A DNA stretch of 64,000 nt, taken from NCBI RefSeq assembly GCF_036321535.1, contig NC_087438.1:10046001-10110000 (forward strand). The letters run 5' to 3'. Made by a program: the position numbers and the translations under genes. Each line of letters starts with the position of its first letter. Position 1 is the stretch's first letter. Below are positions 38,728 through 50,650 of the stretch, in pieces. The stretch is from Camelus dromedarius (taxonomy: Eukaryota). The notes beneath the pieces are model-generated. The model searched no databases, had not been told where the DNA came from, and was given only the letters and a program-made list of their open reading frames with translations.

Positions 38728-40025
38728 AATAAACTTCTACTTTAGAATAGATTTAGATTTACAGAAAAGTTGTGAAGATAGTACAGAGTTCCCACATATC
38801 TCATATCCAATTTCCCCATATTACTCACAATTATTGGTACATAATTATGAACTAAAGTCCATATATTTTATTCATATTTTCCAGGTTTTTACCTAATGTC
38901 CTTTTTCAGTTCTAGGGTCCTTAAGAATACTACATTATATTTAGTCGTCATGTTTCCTTGGGCCCCTCTTGGCTATGAAAGTTTTTCTGACTTTCCTTAT
39001 TTTTGTCGACCTTAACAGTTTGGAGAGTATTGGTCAGGTCATTTGTAGAATGTCCCTCAACCAGGATTTGTCTGATTTTTTTCTGATGATTAGACTGTGT
39101 TTTGGGGAGGAAGACCACAGAGGTAAAGTGCCATTTTTATTACATCATATCAAGGGTACATGCCAGCCACATGATTTATCACTGCTGTTAACTTTGATCA
39201 TGTGGCTGAAGTAGTGTTTGTCAGGTTTCTCCCTTGTAACGTTACTCTCCCCTCCCCCCTTCCATTTTGTACTCAGGAAGGAAGTCACTACTTGCAGCCT
39301 ATAGCTAAGGAGAAGGGAGTTCTATTCCATCTCATTCAGGGCAAATTATATATATAAATGATTTGGAATTCTTCTGCGTGGGAGATTTGTCTCCTCTCTC
39401 TCAATTATTTGCTCATTCAATCATTGAATTACATCAGTAGGGACTCATGGATATTTATTTCATACCTTGGGTACAATCAAGTATTGCTTTATTTATTTTG
39501 CTGCTCAAATTGTTCCAGCTTTAGTCACTGGGAGCTCTTTCAATTGGCTCCTGCGCCGCTTTGACAGACCCCCACCATTGTTCTGGTTGTTGATTAACAC
39601 AAGAAAAATTTTGAGCACTTCCTTACCTTCTGGCACAACAAGATGCTCCAGGCTCTCTTGTATATTTCCTGCCACAGTCCAGGAGTCAGCCATTTCCCTA
39701 GGGAGCCCTGGTTCCTTTTATTGAAGGACGGTGTTAATAACAAGATCTTGCTAGTGTTATTTCTAAACCCACCCAGCTGACAAAAGAAGGAAATATATGT
39801 ACATGTACTAAGCTGCGTATACACATATATCTGTAAATCTTTTTACATATCCATCTGTGTCTATATTAAGCTAAACATGAGTTCATACTGATGTCTCCAA
39901 CTCTAATCCCGTACCACGTGGATCATTCTAGCATCCCTCTCCAACAGTGAAAAATTTAGTATCCACCACTCACCATTTGTTTACTTAATTGTTCATTTCC
40001 AGTATGCATGTATAGTGGTTTCATT
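38728..40025 (-). mobile_element. L1MC-like 3' region
   Basis: tttagatttacagaaaagttg...tagtacagagttccc...ggtcatttgtagaatgtccctcaa...aagatgctccaggctc...agccatttcccta. Confidence 0.85.
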
Positions 40026-40929
40026 AACCAGTTTTTTTTTTAATCAATCTTGTTTGTCTCTTCTTGTTTACGGCCGTATTGATCCTTTAACCTCTAACAC
40101 CCGTACCTTCTCCTCCCTTCTCTGGTAGCCACGTCATAGGCGTTTTCTACCTGAATATTTGTCAAATGCTGGTTTGACACGGCTCTTCTGTAAAGCTGGA
40201 TGTCACCTACCCCTCATTTCTTTTGGCCTCCTCAGCCATCATCACCTTCCCCGTTCTCTAGGTTTTGGTGGAGTAAGGCCGGAGAAGCTGTGAGTCCGGA
40301 ATCTCATTTTACAGGCGAGGAGGCGTCCCCCAGGTGTTCAGAGGCTTGCTCCACTCCTTCCGGGGCTGGAGTATGTAAAACCCGTTTTCACGATCTCCCT
40401 CTTCATTCAACAACTATTATGGAGCCCCGTCTACGTGCCACTGCCCACGCTGCGCCAACGAGAAACACACCGGCCCGGTGCCCGAGTCATCCGGCCCCGA
40501 GGGCGAGATCAGTAATAAACAGCTCGAGCGCTCGGAGGACCGTCCGCGCTGCAGGAACGAGCACCCAGTTGGGGGCGCTACGCCGGACCTGGAAAGATCC
40601 GCCCCGGCTGGTCAGAGCGTTCCGGCTCCTTCCAAGGGTTGCAACTGCTCGGGAGGAAGAGAAGGAACAAGGCTGAACGCTCCCGCAGCCACTCGACGCC
40701 TCTCTGGGCGCCCGGCAGCTCGGCGCGGCCCCGCCCTCCATCGGACCCCGCCCACCAAAGGCCCCGCCCACCGCCGAGCCCACGCTCCGGCCCCTAACGA
40801 TGTTCGCCGGAAATTCCCGAAGCCCCTCTTTTTTTCCTTCCTCTCCTTTCCCTGCTCTCCCTTTTCCTTTCACCCGGGTTCCCTCGGCCGTGATTTCCCC
40901 CCTCCCCCTCCTTCCTTCCCCATTTGAAA

Positions 40930-41313
40930 TCAAGATGGAGGCTCGCGGCTGCCGCCGGCGCCCGTGATCCCGGAGCTCCCGCCGGCCACGGGCCCCCGCC
41001 CTCTCGACTGCGTGTCCGGCGCGGCGCGCGCAGCCGCCCGCGGTCCGGCCGGCGCCGCCGAGGCCGTGGCTCCGCGCCCCCGCCCCGCGGCAGGCTCGCG
41101 GCTCCCGGGCGGAGTCCTCGTCTATGTGGGCGCGCTCCTCGGGCCGAGCCGCCGCCGCTGCCGCCGCCCGCCGCCGCCCCGGGGCTCTGGGTCCACGCGC
41201 CGGGCGCGGGCAGCTGGGCGTTCGGCTTCGCCAGGCCGGGCGCGGAGCGGGCGGCGCGCGGAGCTAGGGGCGCGGGGCCCGAGCCGGGCGCTGCCGCGGG
41301 CGCCGCCGCAGCC
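40930..41313 (+). other. TRIO: Probable TRIO 5' UTR (TSS position inferred)
   Basis: GC-rich leader between the YY1/TISU-like CAAGATGGAGGC (40931-40942) and the ATG. The TSS cannot be read directly from sequence. Confidence 0.6.
41147..41178. repeat. Interrupted (GCC)n repeat in TRIO leader
   Basis: gccgccgccgctgccgccgcccgccgccgcc. Confidence 0.8.
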
Positions 41314-41470
41314 ATGAGCGGCAGCAGCGGCGGTGCCGCCGCCCCCGCCGCGTCCTCCGGCCCTGCCGCCACGGCCAGCGCTGCGGGCTCGGGCTGCGGG
41401 GGTGGCGCCGGCGAGGGGGCCGAGGAGGCGGCCAAGGACCTGGCCGACATCGCGGCCTTCTTCCGATCCG
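41314..41470 (+). CDS. TRIO: TRIO exon 1 coding part (52 codons plus 1 nt, phase-1 donor), triple functional domain Rho GEF
   Basis: gccATGagc start. Translation MSGSSGGAAAPAASSGPAATASAAGSGCGGGAGEGAEEAAKDLADIAAFFRS(G) matches the mammalian TRIO N-terminus as I recall it. Strong donor CCG|GTGAGT at 41470/41471. Lies in a CpG island. Confidence 0.96.
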
Positions 41471-42366
41471 GTGAGTGCAACCGCGCTGCTGCTCGCGCGC
41501 TCTGCCAACCCCGCCGCGGAGGCGCGGTCGGCGGGCCCCAGCGCGTCCGATGCTCGCCTGCCCGTCGGCCCCGGCGCGCGCTCGCCCAGGCCACTGGCCC
41601 ACGCCGGGGCTCCCGGATCCACACCGGCGTGTCCTGCTGCCAGCGCCGCCCGGGGCGCCGCGGCTCGGCCCGGACGCCGCCGGCTCGCCCTTCCCTGCGC
41701 CCGCCCCTCGTTCCAGGGTAAAACCTCCCTGTCGCCCGCCCCGGCGGCTACAGCTCCACGGGCTGGGGCGCCGGCTCTTTGTCTCTTTCGCGGGAGGGCC
41801 GAGGAGGCGGCGGCAGGGACGGCGAGGGCGGAGGCCCCTACCAGGGAGGCTGAGTGCACTGGGGCGGTGGGGCCGGGCCCGGGAAAGCGGGTTCTCATTT
41901 GGACCGGTCTCCGTGGCCGATTTGTACCTGGCCCCTTCTCAACCCCATAAGCAGCCGGGTTTCTTCGCTCGGTCCTCTAGCCTGTCACCTCCCCAGCCTC
42001 GATCTACACTTCTGTGAAACGGGGCAGCCATGGCACCCGCTGCCCAGGGAGGAGGGGGAGGTGGTGGCAGAAATGAAGCGCGGCCGGACGATGGGCGAGC
42101 CATTGTCTCTGGGGGCGGCCCGGGAGGGACATCTGGGAACTTGGTGGCCCCCGGGGGGCGGCGCGGGGCCGAGCCCTCGCGGGACACTGCCTAAGAGGCA
42201 GTGCCAGGTGGCTCGGTGTCTCTCGGGCAAGGAGCGGGTAGCGGCGGGAGAGGCGAGCTTTGCGACCGGCCCGCGGGGAGGAGGCGCGGGAGGCGTGACA
42301 GGGCGTCCCTGAGACCCCGGTGGCGGCAGCGCCTCCTCCCTCCCGGGCCCAGATCCCGCGTAAGCC

Positions 42367-42408
42367 GGTCCCGCGTCCCCGCGTCCCCGCGTCCCGCGTC
42401 CCCGCGTC
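42367..42408. repeat. GTCCC(C)GC 7/8-mer tandem repeat, about 5 copies
   Basis: gtcccgc gtccccgc gtccccgc gtcccgc gtccccgc gtc. Confidence 0.85.
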
Positions 42409-44504
42409 GAGTCCCGTTTGCTCGCGCGTCCGGGCGGCAGTGGCGGCCTCGGGGCCCGGAGCCTGGAACGCATTGCCCAGCGGGCCAGGCGTGGGGCCGG
42501 GAGGATGCAGACTCGGCGCTGGAGAGCGGAGGAGGGCGGGCCAGGTCGGGGCCGGGGCGGGCGGGCGGGCGCAGGGCGCGTGCGGGGTGCTGGCGGCAGC
42601 GCCTGGGAGGACCGCGGGGCCGGGGACGTCGGGGGAGCGGCCTGCGATGGGGCGCGCGCCGGAGGCCGGCGGCTCACGTTTCTTCGTGGCCTCTTTCAAA
42701 ATCAAGTCTCCAGATTCGGTGAGATCAGTTCTGTAATCTGGGTCCCAAGGAGCAATTTGCAGTGGGAGGGCGATGGTCAGAGACAGAAGTTAGCAGTGCC
42801 GGTAGATAACCTGGTTTAGCACTGTCTTCCCTCGTTTTCTTGATCTTTGCCAGGCGGGGTTGTTTGTGAGTCATTTTAACAGATTGTTTGTGGCTGGACG
42901 CCGACTCTGCACTGTCAGCTTGGGGTTAATATACTCCCCGGTGCTCCCTCTCCCCGTGAGGTCCCCGCAGAAAGCAAAGCTCTAGGAAAACATGAACTCC
43001 TTCAAATGAAAGCCTTATTTGGTGCAACTTGCCGGGTAGCGCAGCCCCGTCTTACCTCTTAATAGCAGAACTGGGATGTCTTCCCTTTATGCCCTGAAGC
43101 TAAAGTCTAGCCTGTCTTCTCTCGGTCTCTACCACCTGTCACAGAATAATAGATTCTGTGTAAATTCAGCTCCTTTCTGCTAGAAGGACGCCTGTGCCCC
43201 AGAGATGGAATTTTTGGTGCTCGTGAGACCAGACTTTTTTTTACATCTTTATCATACATGGTAGAGAAATCATTTCTTTTACCCTTAAGAGCCCCAAACG
43301 ACATCAGGTTGGGCTGGACACTCACAGAAAACCCTCCTCCAGTCAGTGTGGCTCTCCGTGGGATTTATCTGGGAAGATAAATACGTTGGAGGCCATGCCT
43401 GGGCCTGTGCTTGCTCCCATGCCCTGGCTCCTGTTCATGTTCAGTTTGGGGCAGAACTAGTCAGTGCTGCTCCCTGGTTTACTCTTTTCTTCCGCCCTCC
43501 AAAGTGATTGGGCAAACTGCCCTTTAGTTGTTTGACTTGGGAACAGGTACCAGAGCAGATTTTAAGTAGGCAGCAATTGCACTGTTCCATTCCAGGGGTC
43601 ACCTGGAACATCTTTTAAAAGTGCTTTCCCCCCCTTTGGGCAACTCTGAATCTCTGACCTAGATCTTGGCTCCAGCATCTAGGGCAGTGATACCTAGCAG
43701 AGGGAGGGTAGAGAGGGACCATTCAGTTAGATTGGTGGGGGTGGGATGGGGCTTTCGGACGGACTAAGCCGGACCTGGGAGTGAGGGGGAACTCACTTGG
43801 TAGAATGGCTCAGGCCGGGGGTCCTTCTGGACAGTGTTGATTGAATGTGGATAGCTGAACAGAGAGGTCAAGTTGATCAGTAAAGTCAGACATTCTTTTC
43901 TTTCCTAAGATGTAGAAACACAAAAATAAGATCTGTCCATCTGGGGTGGACAGATGAAGGGGTGAACATTTTTCCAGGGTGTTGTGAGCCTGATACTTAA
44001 GATTGCCAGCGTGACCTACACAAGGCATTTCTACTGGTTGCCTTTCATTTCTCTGCCCTGGAACTGTTTGCTAGGCCACCTTGTTTTCTTTCCTCTTTAT
44101 TCCTTGTCTGTCCTGCATTTAAATTTTATCACAGATTGAAAACTGGTAACCATAGTTGGATGAAAAAAGGAGAATTTTGCTTCATAGAACTTTTAAATAA
44201 TTAGAGCAGTTCAGGAGTAGAATGGGCTGCCATGTAATTTCTCCATTACTAGAAGCACTTGAGCAGGGGCACTGCCACCTGCCAGGGTTCAGAGCCGGGC
44301 GCTGTGGACAGGACTCCTGCACTTGTAGAGGGATCTGGGGAGATGGCTCAAACGCTGCTACCCTCTCGGATTCTGTGGTTCCCTCTGAGCCCTCAGCACC
44401 TAATTGTTATTCCCCACTTGTCTTTTAAAAAGGCATCACAAATGTAAGTGACTCTGTTACAAAATTCTTACAATTTTTTTTACTTTTTATTATTATTTTT
44501 TAAT

Positions 44505-44620
44505 TGTTCAGAAGAGGAATCAGGCTTCTGAGGGGGTTTGAATGACTTGCCCAGGGTGGAACTCTGGTAGAGGTGGGGTCAGGGCTGGGAAGCATGCCCC
44601 TGAGTCTGGTACTCTTTCCC
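44505..44620 (-). mobile_element. MIR remnant
   Basis: cagaagaggaatcaggcttctgagggggtttgaatgacttgcccaggg. Confidence 0.65.
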
Positions 44621-44767
44621 GGATGCCTGTCATGGCCAAGACTTTGCTTACATTAGTTCTCAATCCCGCTGGGACCAATCACTTTTATTGCCAATCTATT
44701 TTGGGGCTCTGTTCTTGTGGCAATAAATCATTCTTTCAGAGCTCTCTATTTAACCTTGCGAGAGTCT

Positions 44768-44790
44768 GTGTGTGTGTGTGTGTGTGTGTG
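44768..44790. repeat. (TG)n microsatellite
   Basis: Directly visible. Confidence 0.9.
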
Positions 44791-47524
44791 GGTGCTTACA
44801 TAAATGCATTATTTTTAACCTGCCTGGCATGTTTTAGGCTGGCATTAAATGAATGTGCAGAGAATAAAGGTTTGTGGTTATTCTGAAGCATCACGGCCCA
44901 TCGTGCTGGGTTCCTTTCATTACTAAGTCTTATTCTGGACTCCTGGCTGCAGCCCTTCTCTTTGCAGTGGAATATGTGAAGACAGGCGAGTCTGTGACTT
45001 AGTAAGGGAGCAGCGTGCATGTCTTTCTATGTTTTGATATGATGATTTCCTCATGGAATATTGACTGAACTTTTCTTCATATTTATGTTCCACCACTGAA
45101 GTATCTGGCCCCTGAGCTGGCTCTGCTACTTCTGTGGATATTTAGAAGCCTGGCGGCTTTGGTCCCTGTAAGCACCAATAATAATTGTTGTATTATGAAA
45201 TGTCCTTGTTACCCTCAATATTTTGAAAAGGGTAGTTGAAGGAGATGTACCTTAATGGTGAATGTTGGTTTCCCCTTTTTCAGTGGCTCAGTGAGGCTAA
45301 GTTTTAGAGGAAAGCAAAGAGTTAGCTAAAAAGATCCTATAAGTGATTTTGAAGAAACCAAAGAGCAGGAAGACAGTCATTGAAAGAATTTTTCATTGAG
45401 CTCTTGTAAACTGACTTACTGACACGGGATATTGTATTTTTCCCTTTGCAGTGTAACCATCCAAGAGTCAAATACTTAAATGAAGCCATTTAAACCATTC
45501 ACCAAGACATAAATGAAGCCGGTGGTTCTGAAGCATGTGGTTTAAATATGTTCTTCAAATGTATATTAAAAATAGGTGATTAGGATGGCTATTTTAGAAC
45601 TTTAAAATGTTATGATAAGTTTGGGATTTGTTTCTAAGCAAAAGTCAAAGATGTGTTTGGAGCTGTCATAATCTGATATTTAAGTTTATTTTCTTGACTC
45701 CTTTACGGAGAAAATAAAATTTTATCTCATATCCTTGGCAAAATTCCAGAGAAAAGTCAAATTCTTAATCAATAGCCACACTTTACTGCCTAGTAAAGTC
45801 ACTTATGTTGATGGGGATGAATTGTCTTTTACTATAAAAAGCAGCCCTAACAACCTCCTTCATTCCTCTTTGGTTCTATAATGAATTGGTTTTTATTTCC
45901 TTAAGTGCATTGTCTTGACAAATTTTTAGTAGTTCTGCTGGCAGAACAGCAGCTACTTGGTGGGCAGTGAAGAAATGGACCCACTGGATTCCCATGGAAG
46001 GTTGTGGTACCTCTGATCCCCTGCTCATTTCTTCTGCAAATGTTCAGCTGGGCTCAGAGTTCTCTCTCATCCTCCAGATGCTCCCACCGAGCTGTTCAGT
46101 AAGCCTGGGCAAGGGGATAAGTACGCATCGGCACGCTCCTCATTGTCCCTTGCGTGTGGGCATTCTGGAGGCTGTTTAATAACAACAACAACAATAATAA
46201 TAATTACTGTTATTCAGCTGGAGCCATTCTGGGTCTTCCTATCACTGCATCTTTGAACTGAAGGCAAAGGAGTGAAAAGGAGAGAGTGGGTGGGAATCGG
46301 GCCAAAGCCCTGCAGGGCACTGGCTGGCTGCCACCCTCCCCTCTGCCTGCTCTCCCCCATCCCTGGGCTCCTGTGCCTACTGTGGAGGCAGTGTCTCCTG
46401 GGGCCTCAGCCTCCTGCTTGCTGCCACAGTGCCCAGCCCCGACCAGACCTCGATTTCACTCCATCTCTGCCATTTCGTAAAGAGGAAGCAGAGGCACCTG
46501 GCTAGAACTTCCGGTGTCGTCTCCTAGCATTGTGACGTCGTTGAGCCTTCTGCGCAGGTGCTCTTGTTTATGGGAATCCTTGCTCTCCTGTTTAATGGTT
46601 GTCGAGCTCATAAGCCTCACCTCTTCTCATTTGCTAATGGATGCACTCAGTTTGCTTACGGAATAGGTGTTACCTCAATTTCCTCCTTTTTTTTTTTGTC
46701 CCTTTTCGCGTAAGAAAGCCCCTGGAAACCCAAATTGTGAATCACCTGCTCTCTGGGAAAGGTTGTATGTCTAGGGTGAGAGTTGAGTGTGCAGACTTTC
46801 CAAGCACGTGGCGTAGGGGCTTGAGCTGGGGGAAGGGTGTAGCTTCTGGGGTTTCTTCCCAGTGAGACCTCCTGTTGAGTCTGGAATATTTGACCCCATG
46901 CCACGTGTGCTGTGGCACTATGAAACCTCATTTTGGTGACAAATATACTTGCAGTGTAGATAACTGTTTTGATGAGCCATGTGTCTAGTCTTGTCTGGTT
47001 GGAGAGGCGTGTGGAGTAATCTATGGAGCAGATCTTATATTTTGCAAGTATCACCCTATTTGGGCTCTTTCATAAGTTAAGTACATTTTAGCAGTTACAC
47101 TAACAGAGGAAACGTTAATGAAAACGTTAGCAAACACACAGAACAGATTCCAGGTCTACAGATCCTAGGTCTAGGGTCCTGTGGGTTAGCGGTGTCCACA
47201 TGAGTTCATCAGGCTTGTTTTACAGTCTGTGGCCGTATTGTGGACAGTGATGAATTGCACTGGGTTTCTCTTTAGGAGGGATTTCTGCAAGGTCCTGCCG
47301 GCTGCATGGACCCTCCCCTCTTTTCCTTCAGTCCCAGGAAGGAAGTACTTGGTATACACTGCTCTGTTCCTGTCCTGCTTCTGGGAAGGGCTAGGCCCTT
47401 TGCTGCCTGCTGTTGTTGTTAGCATTGAGATGGGTACGTGTGAGCAGATAAACTGTGGGCCATCCATTCCGCTGATGCTGAGTGAAGGCAGACAGTCTCA
47501 GAAGTCTCTATAGGAAGGAGTCCA

Positions 47525-47960
47525 CTTGTATGACAGTCTTAGAAAGATAGAACTGCAGAGACAGAAAGCAAATTGTTGATTGCCAGGAGTCAGGGATGGG
47601 GAGGGCCGGACTACAGAGGGGAAGTACGAGGGGCATTTTGAGAGACGATGGAACTGTTTTGTATCTTGGTTGTGGTGGTGATTCTATGTGTTGAAATTCA
47701 TAGAACTGTACTACAACAACAACAACAGATCTAGTTATACTGTATGTTAATTTAAAACGTAACATTAAAGAAGGCTAATCACAAACTGGGAGAAAACATT
47801 TATTACAAATCAGACAAAGAATTAGATATACAGAATTTAAAAAGAGCTTCCACAAATCAATTAGAAAGGCAATCCAAAAGGAAAATAAGCAGACAACTCA
47901 GAGTGCAAATGGCCAGCAGATATTCAGCCTTGCTAGTAATCAAGGAAATGTAAGTAAAAA
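47525..47960 (+). mobile_element. Old L1 (L1ME-like) 3' UTR followed by an ORF2 C-terminal fragment
   Basis: gatggaactgttttgtatcttggttgtggtggtg...aattcatagaactgtac, then aactgggagaaaacattt...ctagtaatcaaggaaatg. Confidence 0.7.
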
Positions 47961-48668
47961 TGTGATAAGAACAAAAGTGAAATCCAGCAAGTCATTTCTC
48001 TAGGTAAACTTGAACAAAACGGAGTTATTGTGGAAGGATTTTCTACTGATTTTGAAGATGGTAACTGTCAGACTGCCCAAGCTGGGACCAAACTTCTTCT
48101 AATGTCTAGGGGTAGTCTAGGGAAACTTTGAAGGTAGTTATGGGGAAATAAAGACCCTTTTCTTTGATTCTGTAAGAAGTGTAACTTGGGAATCCATATG
48201 GCATATTAAGTAAAGTCTGCTGACTTAACACAACTGTCTTTAGATAAAAGCAGTCACCATTTTTTCTGCTTCAGCTTCAGATTTTCCCACTCTGGTAAGT
48301 TTTCCTGCTGTCCAGATAGAAAAACAGTGGTACATGCAGGGTGGTCTGCTGTGCCTCACGTTCCTGTGTTAAAGAAGGAATTTCTAGGAATAAATTTCAT
48401 TTGGGGGAGGGGGCGTTGTTCATGCATGAATTTCTGTGTGAGGTCATTGGCCCTCTGTTCGAGGGCCTTTCTGTATGTACTTGACTCTGAAGCTATGTAT
48501 TTCTCAGTGTTAATGGTTAATTAATGAATTTATAAAGTGTTATTCCCCCTGCTTAAGACTCATAACCATAAAATAAAACTATTTTTGAACTTGAGAAAAG
48601 CACAGTTCAAATTTAAAAGTACAGTCATCGAATATTTTTAGATAGGATGTGTTGGTGTCTGATTTTTC

Positions 48669-48671
<3 letters not shown>

Positions 48672-48702
<31 letters not shown>
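48672..48702. repeat. (TG)n microsatellite
   Basis: Directly visible. Confidence 0.9.
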
Positions 48703-48704
<2 letters not shown>

Positions 48705-50439
48705 TGTATGTGTATGTATCTTGGAAAAGTCTTAAAACACCCCATTTTGGAATTCTGTGGAATGGGTAGTTTCAGTGCAAGAAGGAATGAATATATCAGA
48801 GATTAATATTAGAAATCTGTTTAAAAAGACCTGATGTTCCTTAGTATATATGAAGTGATGTGTATAAATGACATGCTGCTTTAGTTTGAATTTGACAATT
48901 ATTATGTGAAACGTCTGTGAGAGGTTGGTCAAGACAGTATATATAAAATTGTTTTCCATTGCTTATTCCTTTTACTTCACTGGCTCTTCTCACGCCGATC
49001 CACATCTTCAAGAATCCCTTTTTCTTCATTGTTGCTGCTGTTGAATGCCATGTCTGCAGACCTAAAGAGGGGTATTTCTGGGCCATTTGGATTCTGAAAG
49101 CTTTATGTTTTCTTATTTGCATTTACTTTCAGTTAATCCTTGTTCTTCATGTCAGGTGTGCTAGGATCTGCAGGAGAACAAAACGGTTGGTATTTTTTGG
49201 ATAACTTTATTAATGTCACTTTTAAATAATAAGGACCAAAAAGTACAATTCCTCTATTATTTATTCTGAAGGTGGATACAATTATGTTGGGAAACAAGAC
49301 CTTGATTAGAATGTTGATGTATTTCTACCGAGCTAGAATCACTTACAATAAGATCTCTGAAGTTTAAAGTGTCTAATATTTGGGCATCCAAATAACTGGA
49401 ACAAATTCCTCATTAGTCTAATAGACTAAACAAATAAGATTTTTATTTTGCTTGTTAGATAGCTTTGTTAAAAAAAAAATCGTGATTATGAGAAGTCCCT
49501 TCCAGCCCTCACTGCCCTTTTCAGCACCACAGTGATGGTAGCCAGCATGCAGGGGACCCTAACTAGTGCCAAAAAGCCAGATTGCACAGGGGCAGAGTCT
49601 ATTTCACACATTTATTTCACCTCTATCTAAATGTTGTGCACCTGTCCCGATATATCTTGGGTTCAGGAGCCTTGAGAACCAGTGCTAACTCAGTAGCTTC
49701 CAGGCCATACATTTCCTTCACGTGACAGGTTCCTTTCACAAGTCCCTTGATGAGTGTCTCTGGGAGGGTAGCTCCTCACAGGGGAGGCTTTGTGCAGAAG
49801 TCCTTGAGTTTCAGCATTTTGTTTGCTGGCTGTGTACGTGTTTCTTTCCTGATAATTAACTGCAGTTCAATTTGCAGGATTCTTTTTTTAGGCATCTCTT
49901 TTATCTACATCACCTTGTTTTTAGGTCCTATCTCAGCTCTGCTGGTTGCTAAACGCACAGGAGGGGTCTGTCTGTTGGTGAGACGGGACCTGTCCCCTGA
50001 ACCATATTACTGGAAACTTTGACTGTAAACCCTATGCAGAATTAAGATGGGAAGACTAAATTTTCCGTGACAACTTGCAGTGTGCACACGGGGTGTTCAG
50101 GGGGAACTAGGATGATGGGTAGTGTTAGAATGGCCTGCTACCTCTTGACATGCTTGCTGTCTGTCACCTAAATCTTTAGCAGCAGCTGCCAGAGCAGGTG
50201 GGAGGCCAGGACCCCCAGCCATCAGGGGTCAGATAACACCTTTGGAACTACGCTCCATAAGAGAGTAAAACTAAGTGCATCCAGAAAGTAATAACCTGCT
50301 CGTAATGTCATAGGATGATATTTAAAATATGTTTATTTTCTTCTCTCCAGATGTTGTTAATGCAAATTCTGTCCTTCAAGAACACCTAGTAAAGTCTTTC
50401 TCTGAACTATTACCTGTATTGCTGCCATGACTGGCTACT

Positions 50440-50650
50440 GTCTGAGTACCTGTGATTCGAGCTACCATGCAGGTGTTTTACATACGCTTTCTTGTAGAAG
50501 GTCAGATCCTTCCAGCAGGTGGATGCTATTTCTGTGTTAGGAAGAGGATCTCAGCCTCTAGGGAGGTTGAATGACCGCCCCAGTTTGCCCTGCTTGTTAG
50601 GGCTCGAGCTGAAACTTAAACCATGGCTGCCAGACCTCAAAGCCCTCATG
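50440..50650 (-). mobile_element. MIR remnant
   Basis: ctgagtacctgtg...gaggttgaatgaccgccc...gagctgaaacttaaacc...cctcaaagccc. Confidence 0.55.

Larger units (their letters stand above)
40420..42700. promoter_or_regulatory. TRIO: CpG island / TATA-less TRIO promoter
   Basis: Very high GC and CpG density. Clustered GC boxes (CCCCGCCC near 40728, 40746, 40762). Polypyrimidine tract about 40824-40922. Spans exon 1. Confidence 0.93.

Noticed and set aside
1..40400. Exons of an upstream gene such as DNAH5
   Set aside because: No ORF with a recognisable dynein or other host-protein sequence in the track or by eye. Short or non-coding exons cannot be excluded.
40924..41721. 265-aa ORF in frame with TRIO, suggesting an N-terminal extension or intron read-through
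   Set aside because: It starts at TTG, and the in-frame CTGs (41008, 41158) have weak context. Stop codons are rare in such GC-rich DNA. The part after 41470 crosses a strong splice donor.
40200..42819. Many long overlapping ORFs on both strands
   Set aside because: Low-complexity Pro/Arg/Gly/Ala translations typical of a CpG island; no recognisable domains.
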